From a virus: 58,419 bases of DNA. Location: IMG/VR virus record IMGVR_UViG_3300045988_147113; one strand, given 5' to 3'. Below are positions 24,568 through 33,500 of this stretch, in pieces (positions within the stretch are counted from its first letter, which is position 1; the number at the start of each line of letters is the position of its first letter). Position numbers and translations under genes: made by a program. The notes under the pieces are model-generated. The model searched no databases. It was not told the origin of the DNA and saw only the letters and a list, made by a program, of their open reading frames with translations.

Positions 24568-25235
24568 TATATCGGAGGCTCCTGGGAGGCGTATGCTCCC
24601 GGAAGGACGCTGGTGGGTGTGGATGAGAAACATCCACTTAACAGTACTGGCGGAAGCGAGACACATAGTCATAATCCAGGCACTCTTAGTGCACAGGTCT
24701 CGCTTGACGGACAGAACACCGTCGTACGACGTGTCAGGATCCCTGACTTTGTCGGCGATGTTCGACATATTGGCGATATCTATGGCGGTTCATTCAACGC
24801 AACCTGGGGAGCTGCCATCGTCGGACATTCTGACCCCGCGAGCTCGATGGAACCGTATGTCGCCGTTTGTTATTGGCGTAGAATCGCTTAAGCAACACGG
24901 CACCAATAGCATACTGAAATGTAAGGCGGTTCGATTGGCAAAATACCAGCAACCTTGGTTCCGACATGCGTTGATTGGTACTTCCAGTTAATTGGAGCGC
25001 GCATGTCGGCCGATAAACCAGTTCTTACGCTGGCTGATGCATGATAACCACGATTCCATTCAACTTGGATGTTTCCATTTCCATCAATGTGCAGCGCCGT
25101 TGCTAGATCGGTATCTTTTCCGACATCAACGGTTTTCGCACCGCCCTGCTTGTTGAGGGTGAAGTCAGTATCCGTTGCGGACACACCCACCAGCGTCCTT
25201 CCGGGAGCATACGCCTCCCAGGAGCCTCCGATATA
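24568..25235. mobile_element. Invertible DNA segment 1 (intragenic inverton in a tail-fibre tip gene)
   Basis: A perfect 54-bp inverted repeat: 24568..24621 is the reverse complement of 25182..25235. The repeat flanks 560 bp that hold two convergent alternative 3' gene ends. Confidence 0.8.
24622..24891 (+). other. Silent alternative C-terminal cassette for gene 24888..25349
   Basis: It has no own start or RBS. The frame continues the IR-encoded YIGGSWEAYAPGRTLVGV into DEKHPLNSTGGSETHSHNPG...SSMEPYVAVCYWRRIA, a tail-collar-like ending. Confidence 0.75.
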
Positions 25236-25349
25236 GGACGCCGGCGAAGTGTTGGTGGATGTCGCCAGAATCGTGCCGACCGGCCAAAACGTATTACGAA
25301 TCTTCGCAATAAGATGTTGTACGCCTGCCTGATCCAAATATGCAACCAT
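24888..25349 (-). CDS. Tail-fibre tip / receptor-binding protein C (tail-collar-like), current orientation
   Basis: 153 aa from MVAYLDQAGVQHL (ATG at 25349). It ends PPYISVCYWCRVA. The N-terminus is paralogous to gene 25692..26137. Confidence 0.7.
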   Translation of the reverse strand: MVAYLDQAGVQHLIAKIRNTFWPVGTILATSTNTSPASYIGGSWEAYAPGRTLVGVSATDTDFTLNKQGGAKTVDVGKDTDLATALHIDGNGNIQVEWNRGYHASASVRTGLSADMRAPINWKYQSTHVGTKVAGILPIEPPYISVCYWCRVA

Positions 25350-25374
25350 TGTAGGTCTTGCCTTTCCGTGAGGA

Positions 25375-25946
25375 GTCGGCAAAACCGGCGGAGAGAAGAC
25401 GCATAAACATACGTACGGCATTGTGTTCGGTACTAGTTATGGAATGTGTGTATTGACAGACGATCGACCTTCACCACATATTGGTCTCATCGATTATTCT
25501 CTGACCGTTGGCAATCGTATTCGGCGACACGGCATTCCAACTATCAGTACAATCACGAACAGCTTTGCGGATACGGTCTATGGATCATTTGGTGAAAATA
25601 AACAGCTGGCACTTCGAATGAATGAAGCACACACCACGACAAACTCATCAATGGAGCCATATATCGCCGTCTATGTTTGGAGGCGCACCGCTTAAGCCGT
25701 CCTTCGCCAAATATAAACCGCGATATATGGCTGCAAGTTGTTATGCGGTTTGTCGTTTCCGATAGCAATCGTAACTGCGCCAATCCAGTGGGAATCAGCC
25801 CCAGGGGTTGCTAATGTAGCTAAGCGAACACCGTAATCGTGGTCAACGTCCCTAAACAAAGCAGCGCTCGTTCCTGGAGCATGCGAATGTTTTGCTAATT
25901 CATCAATAGTTAGTTTATGCGTCTTCTCTCCGCCGGTTTTGCCGAC
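25375..25946. mobile_element. Invertible DNA segment 2 (intragenic inverton in the second tail-fibre tip gene)
   Basis: A perfect 34-bp inverted repeat: 25375..25408 is the reverse complement of 25913..25946. The repeat encodes VGKTGGEKTHK in frame on both arms and flanks 504 bp with two convergent 3' ends. Confidence 0.8.
25409..25695 (+). other. Silent alternative C-terminal cassette for gene 25692..26137
   Basis: The frame opens after the TGA at 25369..25371 and reads GVGKTGGEKTHK-HTYGIVFGTSYG...SSMEPYIAVYVWRRTA. No RBS or start context. Confidence 0.75.
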
Positions 25947-26137
25947 GGTGAAGTCTGTATCGGTGTCCGATGCAGAGACCATTACTCGTCCCTGCGCATA
26001 GCGTTCCCAGGTGCCACCGAATAAACTCGCCGGGGACGTGCTGTCAGTGCTGAAATAGAGAGATCCAACGGGCTGGATCCGGTCAAGAACCTTCCTGACT
26101 AGATACCGAGCCCCCCCTCGTCAAGATAAGCTACCAT
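25692..26137 (-). CDS. Tail-fibre tip / receptor-binding protein B (tail-collar-like), interrupted by a frameshift at a G7 run
   Basis: The ATG at 26137 follows AGGAGG. It reads MVAYLDEGG and then stops at 26099..26101. The -1 frame continues ARYLVRKVLDRIQPVGSLYF...GGEKTHKLTIDELAKHSHAPG...NLQPYIAVYIWRRTA and is collinear with gene C. Confidence 0.65.
26111..26117 (-). other. Homopolymeric G7 (C7 on the plus strand) slippery or phase-variable tract
   Basis: It reads G GGG GGG in the zero frame. An eighth G, or a -1 slip, restores the full-length fibre-tip ORF. Confidence 0.8.
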
Positions 26138-26161
26138 GATATCATACCTCCTAAAACATCA

Positions 26162-26833
26162 TCAAATTCTGAAGAAACCGTCGATTGTGTTGTTAGAAAT
26201 CGAGCCGATCGCATCGAGTTTCGCTTTATCGCCTTTAGACATCAAACCGTCTTTTGACGGTGTTGCGAGACCGATGGCTCCGGTGACGTTGCTCGAGAGA
26301 CCGTCGAGTTTCTTCTTGTCTGCTGCCGACATAAGGCCATTAACCGACTGAGTGGCTACGGAGTATGTCGTGTTGTTGTCCGGAGGGACAGCCCATGTAC
26401 CGTCGCTTCTCAGATAGCGGTTGTTCTCACCTGTTGCCGGAGCAGGAACAAGGCCAGCCTTTCCAGCTGCCGATGTCGTTGCCCCTCCCATGTTTCCGTA
26501 AGTCGTATCCTGCGTGGTGAACGTCGATGCCGTGCCGTTGCCTTTGGTCACCGTGACCGTGCGGCCGGATGCGGTGACGGACTTCACATACGTCGAGGCG
26601 ATGTTCTGACCGACGGAATCGTTGGTGGCGGCATTGGCGTTGGCGACGGCTGACGTGATATCGCTGCCCGGATGCTTGTGGCTTTTAGGAGCGAATATGC
26701 CGGTGAGAACGCTCTTCAACACGGACCACAACACGATTCGAGTGCCTGCGGTGCCCTGCGTCGAGTCGATGATGAAACAGTCGGAATCAGCCGGTGCTCC
26801 GGTGATCTTGGTATAACTGTTGATTCGCGCCAT
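26162..26833 (-). CDS. Tail fibre protein
   Basis: 223 aa. It carries the typical fibre motifs LRSDGTWAVP, NGLMSAADKKKLDGL and DGLMSKGDKAKLDAI. Confidence 0.7.
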   Translation of the reverse strand: MARINSYTKITGAPADSDCFIIDSTQGTAGTRIVLWSVLKSVLTGIFAPKSHKHPGSDITSAVANANAATNDSVGQNIASTYVKSVTASGRTVTVTKGNGTASTFTTQDTTYGNMGGATTSAAGKAGLVPAPATGENNRYLRSDGTWAVPPDNNTTYSVATQSVNGLMSAADKKKLDGLSSNVTGAIGLATPSKDGLMSKGDKAKLDAIGSISNNTIDGFFRI

Positions 26834-26845
26834 GACAGCCTCCTA

Positions 26846-27754
26846 TCAGGATTCGACCCACTGGGTCACTCCGGAAGCACCGGGCTCCCAGACATTGCCG
26901 GACACCGTTGAAGCCCATCGCTTGCCATTATGACGCACCACGGCACCTTCGGCATAGGCGTTGTTCGCATCGGTCGGCTGAGTCCACTCGGAGACGGCGT
27001 CACTCTTCAATGTCCAACCGTCGACTCCGGGTTCGTGCATGTTGTAGTCCTCATTGGAGGACCACTGCTGATCATCATGCATGACGACGGCCGCTGAATC
27101 ATACGCGTTCTCCGCGCTGTTCGGCTGAATCCATCGTGCGACCCCATCGACCGGCTTCGTCAGATCCATCCACTTGTCGGTAGCCGCATCAGGAACCGTG
27201 TTGGCCGAGACATCACCATGGGCCTGATACAGGCTCTGCTGATAACGGACGATGTCGTTTGCAATGTATGTCTTCGACGCGTCCCAGTTCGGGAGAATCG
27301 CTGCGACCTGCATCAGTTCGTCCGTGGATAGAGACGGAGCGATTTTCTGCACAATGAGACGAATCGCCGACTTTTCAGCGGCCGCAACAGCCGCACTGGC
27401 CTGGGCGTCTGCCTTCTCCTTGGCGATCTTATCGAGTTCTTCAGCGGTATACGGGATGTATCGCTGGATCTCCTCCTGTTCATCCCAGGCTTCCTTGGCT
27501 TCAACGCCTGGGACATCAATGATGGTCTTTACATCCTTGCCGAAGACGATCTTATGACCGTCCTCATCGAGAACCGGAGTGCCATCCGGACCAGTCTCAT
27601 AGTATTCTTTAAGCACCTCGACATGGGATACTTCCTCGACGCCTTCAACAGCGTCGTGATGGACGGTAATGGTCTCGTCAACGAGCTTGCCGGCGTTTAG
27701 ATCAATGTCTTCCAGCTTGAGTTCGTTCCCGTGTGCATCGAGAATTCTTGTCAT
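26846..27754 (-). CDS. Tail protein with three CBM5/12-like carbohydrate-binding repeats
   Basis: The C-terminal repeats are Y.A.D.V.Y....Y......P....W, YDSAAVVMHDDQQW...EPGVDGW and YAEGAVVRHNGKRW...EPGASGVTQW. Confidence 0.55.
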   Translation of the reverse strand: MTRILDAHGNELKLEDIDLNAGKLVDETITVHHDAVEGVEEVSHVEVLKEYYETGPDGTPVLDEDGHKIVFGKDVKTIIDVPGVEAKEAWDEQEEIQRYIPYTAEELDKIAKEKADAQASAAVAAAEKSAIRLIVQKIAPSLSTDELMQVAAILPNWDASKTYIANDIVRYQQSLYQAHGDVSANTVPDAATDKWMDLTKPVDGVARWIQPNSAENAYDSAAVVMHDDQQWSSNEDYNMHEPGVDGWTLKSDAVSEWTQPTDANNAYAEGAVVRHNGKRWASTVSGNVWEPGASGVTQWVES

Positions 27755-27764
27755 TTTGACTCCT

Positions 27765-28391
27765 TTATTTGATGGCGAACATGCTATCGATCGTGGAATT
27801 TGAAATTGGACTCAGCACTTTCGGATCCAGCGTTGATTTGTGAATGAAATCCTGGAATTGCGATTCCCATTGCTTGATCAGGTTCGCCGAATCGAACGTA
27901 TTATTCACCAGTTCAGCGAATGGGGTGTCGCGTCCGATCTGATTCGTGATGTTCGATTGAGAGATTGCGGTGGCGCCGTTATTGACGCGAATGTCGGCGA
28001 GAACATACTCACAAACCGTCGATGTGTTTTCGAGCTGCGGTCGTGACGGCGAACCGGACGCCTGTCCTTGTTTGATGTAGATTCGATTCCATCGGACCGA
28101 CGTCGACTTGTCGACGCGGAGCACCACTGCATCGATGCGAGGCATGGACGGTGATGCGCCGCCCAATGTCAGACGTTCGTCGGCGGTGACCACGGTCCAT
28201 GTATGATTGAACCATGCTCGGCCGGTGCCGACCGTCACCACCATGCCGCCGACGGCGGTCACGACCATGCCTTTGCCCCATGTACGGAAGACGCCATCGT
28301 TGATGACACCGTCGAACATGGAGCCGAAAGCATCGGCGTCATATGTTCGGTCGTGATTGACCGAATTGAAGAATCCTGAAGTATATGTCAT
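27765..28391 (-). CDS. Tail / baseplate structural protein (BppU-like N-terminus)
   Basis: 209 aa from the ATG at 28391, starting MTYTSGFFNSVNHDRTYDADAFGSMFDGVINDGVF. It ends ISNSTIDSMFAIK, like the fibre gene 26162..26833. Confidence 0.55.
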   Translation of the reverse strand: MTYTSGFFNSVNHDRTYDADAFGSMFDGVINDGVFRTWGKGMVVTAVGGMVVTVGTGRAWFNHTWTVVTADERLTLGGASPSMPRIDAVVLRVDKSTSVRWNRIYIKQGQASGSPSRPQLENTSTVCEYVLADIRVNNGATAISQSNITNQIGRDTPFAELVNNTFDSANLIKQWESQFQDFIHKSTLDPKVLSPISNSTIDSMFAIK

Positions 28392-28407
28392 TGAGATCTC
28401 CTTTTGA

Positions 28408-29661
28408 TCAGATGAATCCCTCATTGATGGTACTGCCGTAATTATCCAGCACGTAATTGCCGTACGAATCCTCAAGTGCATCGATGCCTTCGGTGGAAAA
28501 CGGCGTGAACGTCGGGTATTCACGGTAACCGTTATCGTCCTCATTACGAACGTACTCGGTGATACGTGCGGTCTTGTTGACACCGTAGGTGTTATCGAAC
28601 TGGATGATGTCGCCGATATCATAGTCGCGATGATACCGAACCGAGCCAAGTAAAGCGATTTCGGCATCGAACGAGTCGTTGGATTTCTGCGCTTTCAATT
28701 CGTCTCGGCCGTACTTTTCCAATTCAGGATATATGTCGTGGTCGGGACGAGGATGGTTATCAGCATCATTCAACTTAACGTCGGAATCCGTATAGAACGT
28801 TTCCCGGATGTCCCAACCAGAACGACCGGAGTTGTTCGGCACGTATTTGATCAGACGACGGGTCACGTTATCCTTGGTCTCCTCTGTCGAGGCGACATAT
28901 GCCGAATTGAAGAATTCGGTATCATCTTCAGTGGTATCTGAAGAGATAAGATTGTCGAATCTCGGCGAAAAGACCATATAGGGGTTCTTGATCTGTTCAT
29001 ATGAACGATCGGCACCTTCGAGAACCGAAAACGACAGATAGGACGATTGCCAATGATCATCGGACTTCAGATCGAGAGAGAACCCCAAGTCATAAGTATC
29101 GCATATCGTCTTGATGGCATCATAGACGTAATCGCCATCGAATTCGAAGGTTTTCCTGTACTTCGGATCCAGTGGTTGTGAATTATCGGTTGCTATTTTG
29201 AAGTTCGGAATCTTTCGTGCAGGTTCCGAAGGTTTGATGATGTTTTCGTTCAATATCGTCTTGATGATCTCTCGAGGATCGACAGATTCATACTTGACTT
29301 TCTTCGGAATCACACGTCGAAGCAGCAACGATTCAAGCGAACGGCCGGAGATAACCAATTGATCGCCATCTTCGATGTCCGTACTTAGTTCGGTTTTCTC
29401 AATGATCATGACGTCATTACGAGTCTCGATCTTTCGACCATTTTTATCAAGTACAGGAGGTTCGATCAGCCATAGATAAAAGCCTCGAGGAAACATGTTG
29501 ATATTTGCCATAGAAGCTGGGAGGTAGAGTTCGAAGTCGCCATACCCAGAATATCGTTCAGTCCAAATGAGTGAACTGAACGTATCACATAAGCTGACGA
29601 CTTCGAAACTCTTATCGAGCACGAACAGCTGCATGGAACGTTTGTTTAACTGTTCAGCCAT
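28408..29661 (-). CDS. Tail-associated protein (ReqiPepy6 Gp37-like / Tal-like)
   Basis: 417 aa. The N-terminus is LFVLDKSFEVVSLCDTFSSLIWTERYSGYGDFELYLP. It lies directly after Dit. Confidence 0.6.
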   Translation of the reverse strand: MAEQLNKRSMQLFVLDKSFEVVSLCDTFSSLIWTERYSGYGDFELYLPASMANINMFPRGFYLWLIEPPVLDKNGRKIETRNDVMIIEKTELSTDIEDGDQLVISGRSLESLLLRRVIPKKVKYESVDPREIIKTILNENIIKPSEPARKIPNFKIATDNSQPLDPKYRKTFEFDGDYVYDAIKTICDTYDLGFSLDLKSDDHWQSSYLSFSVLEGADRSYEQIKNPYMVFSPRFDNLISSDTTEDDTEFFNSAYVASTEETKDNVTRRLIKYVPNNSGRSGWDIRETFYTDSDVKLNDADNHPRPDHDIYPELEKYGRDELKAQKSNDSFDAEIALLGSVRYHRDYDIGDIIQFDNTYGVNKTARITEYVRNEDDNGYREYPTFTPFSTEGIDALEDSYGNYVLDNYGSTINEGFI

Positions 29662-29667
29662 ATAACG

Positions 29668-30597
29668 TCACACTCCTGTATACAACGTTTCGTTCTCGAT
29701 TGACATCCTGATATTATCAACACCCGAATCAGCGGAATACACGATGGTGTTCGCACCTTTATGCAACGTGATGAATCTCACATCTCGATTGATGGCGTTG
29801 AGAATGTTATACGAGATACCGTCTCGTATAATTTCAACTGATTTCTGCTTTGGAATGGTACAAATAACCAATTCGTCGCCGGATTTGATACCATCGGGGA
29901 TGATCTGTCGGACCTTATCCGTAAAGACGTCGATCTCCTGACCGGCCTCTTCATTGTAGATGCGAATATTATTCGCCGGGCCATCAAATGACATACGGAT
30001 GATCACGCCGACTTCGGATTCGCCATCATAGACGATGTTTTTCGAATGCATATTCTGAATGGCACCAAACCACAATGGTTTAGGTTCATTCACCGGATTA
30101 TTTGCCCAGTTGAATGGGAATTCGAATACCGGTTCGACATTGGAAAAAGAGGTGACCCTATTCAACTCGTTGTCGATCCTGAACCATGGGTCAGGACATT
30201 TGATGACGATGGATGACGACTCTTTTTCGGAAAATAACGAAACGTCATTCGATTCGACGATGCCGGTCGTAAGAACCGAACGAGTGTCGGCATGAAACAC
30301 CAAGGTGACTTCCTCTTTTTCGGGAAAATACTTGTATGTTCCATGCCGAAGGTCCTCAATGTTCTTACCCGATTCCGGATAATACGCGAGGTTGATGGTA
30401 ATCTCGCGTTCGTCCTTACGGGCACCATTGAAGATCACACCATCGGTGGTGACGGTATTGCTGGTTTGAAGCACGGCATCGACCGGTCCGAGACCGTCAA
30501 TGGCGACGACGTTATAGCCAGTCGCCATTGGGTTTCGGATGGGGAGATCGAGCGTGTCGCCACGAGCATTCGTAACAGTCATAGACTGAAACATCAT
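29668..30597 (-). CDS. Distal tail protein (Dit, siphovirus tail component)
   Basis: 309 aa, immediately downstream of the TMP with a 4-nt overlap. The N-terminus is typical of Dit. Confidence 0.65.
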   Translation of the reverse strand: MMFQSMTVTNARGDTLDLPIRNPMATGYNVVAIDGLGPVDAVLQTSNTVTTDGVIFNGARKDEREITINLAYYPESGKNIEDLRHGTYKYFPEKEEVTLVFHADTRSVLTTGIVESNDVSLFSEKESSSIVIKCPDPWFRIDNELNRVTSFSNVEPVFEFPFNWANNPVNEPKPLWFGAIQNMHSKNIVYDGESEVGVIIRMSFDGPANNIRIYNEEAGQEIDVFTDKVRQIIPDGIKSGDELVICTIPKQKSVEIIRDGISYNILNAINRDVRFITLHKGANTIVYSADSGVDNIRMSIENETLYTGV

Positions 30598-33500
30598 CGA
30601 CCTCCATTTCGATTCATTTGCTCGAATTGACGGAACTGCGTACGGGTCTGCTTGTAGATATCATAACGACTGAGCGCCTTCGGAGAAGTGTTGTTCTGCG
30701 TGAAGTCGTAGTTGTTGATGATCTGCTGAGGGGTCTTCTCAACACTTTCGGCAGCACGACCGGCATCCCTCTGGCGAGGCATCGCAGTGATCTTGTCGAT
30801 CATCTTGGACGAATATCCGATGCCAACTGTGTCGGACAGCATGGAATTCAGATATGCGGCTTGACCCTCGACGACCGATAGATCCATCACCGGAGTGATG
30901 GTCGGATTGACATCGAATTCCGGAATATCGAGCTTGCCGATGTTGCTCAACGAGGAATCGACAACGTCGATGCCGCTCGTCATCATGGTCTTTGCGGCTC
31001 GAACAACTCCACCGACATTGTCGGCGATGCCGTTCTCCAAGCCCTTGTCGAACCACATACCGACCTTGGCCATGACACGTGACGGCGATTTGATCTTGCC
31101 TGCTTCCTTAGCTGCCTCAACAGCATTCGACACGGCATCTGCTGCGGCCTGGCTGACAACACCGGAATTGCGTGAGATACCCACGGCCAAACCGACTGCC
31201 AGATAGGAACCGGCACTCTCGAAGCTTCCCCGATATGCACGAGCACCGTTGACAGCGGCACTCAGCGCGTTATTGAAGATGCCCGAAAGATTGCCGATAC
31301 CAGAACGCATGCCGCTGCCCAGACTGTTCGCCAAACTACGTCCCTCTTGCGAGAAACGACCGTTGTACGAGGAAATCGCCTGAGCGACCAGGTTGAGACC
31401 GGTACGAGTGGCTCCGATTATCGGCGTGAACGATGCCTGCCAGATCGAAGCGAAACCGCTCAACCAAGTGGCGAGAGCATTCAATGCCGAACGGATCTGG
31501 TTTGCTCCAGAATTCGCAGCACTTGCAGCGGCACTCATCTGAGACGAGAGATTACCGCTCAGATTGATACCACTGAAAGCGGAATTCAGGGCATTCACGG
31601 ATCCGGTCAAGGTCGTTGTGCCAGTGCTCAACGCCGTGTTCAACTCGGACAGACCAGTGCTAATGGAACTATTGGCATTTTGAATGGCCCTGACCAGAGA
31701 CATGAACGATGTCGCGGCGAGCGTGGACACGGCTTGCTGGAACGCCGTGACTCCGCCATACTCGGCAGGCATTCCGCCCATGACCTTGGACAACGAACCA
31801 ACGGCACTGACGCTGGCCGAAATATTCGAGAAGTCCAGTCCAGCTACATGGGATGTGTAGTTCGACAATCCGACACCAAGCTGAGTAGCAGCCGTGATGA
31901 ATCCGACCGATGTACCTTCCATCTTCATGCCGCCAAGACCGTTGACGACATTGATTAACGAACGCAATGGAGCGAACGTCGGTGTGATGGCATCCGGAGC
32001 CACCTCGGAAACGGCGTTGTAGTATCCAGCCAGACCGTTGCCGAGCTGTGTTGCAGCAGCCTTTATGGGACCGAAATCGCCGACCTGACTGAAGTCGCTC
32101 TTCAGAATCTCGGTCAACGACTTAACTGCCGGAACAGTGTTCTGAATGGCTCCGACGTTGACATCATCACCGGATACGGCTTTGCCATATCCGGCAAGTG
32201 CCTCGCCGAGACCCTTCAGGCCTTCAGTGAGCGTGCCCCAGTTCTTACCACCGACAATCTTCTGCCACCAACCGTCATCAGAAGGAACGTTCTGAAGTAC
32301 GTTGTTCAGCGTCTTAACGGCTGGAACCGTCTTCTGAATGGCTTCAATATTGACGCCGTCTCCGGAGATGGCTTTGCCATATCCAGCAAGCGCCTTACCC
32401 ATTCCAGTGAGTCCGGTGGACAGCGTGCTCCAGTCCTTGCCACCGGCGATCTTCTGCCACCAGCCGTCATCGGAAGGAACAGCATTCAGCACACCGTTCA
32501 ATCCGTTGAGTGCTTCGATAGAAGCACTTATCGGTCCGGGCTGAAGTCCAGTCACGGTAATACCGTACATCTTCAACGCCATGCCCATTTGGACGAGGCC
32601 GTTGGATAAGGTGCTCCAGTCCTTACTACCGGCAATCCTCTGCCAAAGCCCATCGTCGGCAGGAAGCGCATTCAGCACTTGTGTCAATGCTTGAGCAGCC
32701 ATGGCAGACGACACGATGGATGCTGAATCCAAATCAGCAACCACTGCGGAGTAGTCTTTTAATGCTTGGCCAAGCGGTACCAGCTTGGTTCCGAAATTCT
32801 CAATACCATCGCCACCGGTTATGAAACTGGTGATGGCATCGAGAAGATTCGAAGCCGTGAGCTTGAGCACCACATTAGCCAAAGTATCAACTGCCGTTGC
32901 GACAGAGCCATCGATCTCTTTGGCTCCGGCAATGAATGGCTTCAGATTGGTCATGAAGTTGGACAAACCGGTAGCCAATGCCGGCAGCGAACTTCCAATC
33001 GCTCCCATGATGGCACCGGTAATAGCACCGGCAATGGATCCGATGAATCCGCCAAGTGCGGCTCCGATCTTCGCCATGAACGCAGCGCCTTCAGACACTA
33101 ACCAGTCGACGCCGGGTATCTGCTTAATGGCACCAGCGGCAACGACGATGGCAGAGAGACCGGCGATGAAGGTCGCCAAAGCGGTGACGCCACTCATAGC
33201 GGCACCGACGTTGATCAGGCTCATGATCGCTGCCGTTGCGGATATGGCCAGAATGGTTCCGGACAACGACGCTGCGATGGTGCCAACGCTGTCGATGTTC
33301 ATGGCGGACATCAGTCCGAAGACCAATGCCAACTCGGTCAGGATTGCAGCCATTGCCGAGCCGACAGCCAGAACACCGAGGACGTTCTTCTTCGCGGTCT
33401 CCATGATCTTGAATGCGCCGGTCATGGCGATCAAGGCCGTGGATAGCGATACCGCCGATGCCACGGTGTTGACTGGATTCAGCAGATTCATGAGCGCGAA

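Noticed and set aside
24568-26137. A diversity-generating retroelement as the source of tail-fibre tip variation.
   Set aside because: I recognised no reverse transcriptase ORF. There is no template/variable repeat pair with adenine-specific mismatches. The repeats are perfect and inverted, which fits inversion rather than mutagenic retrohoming.
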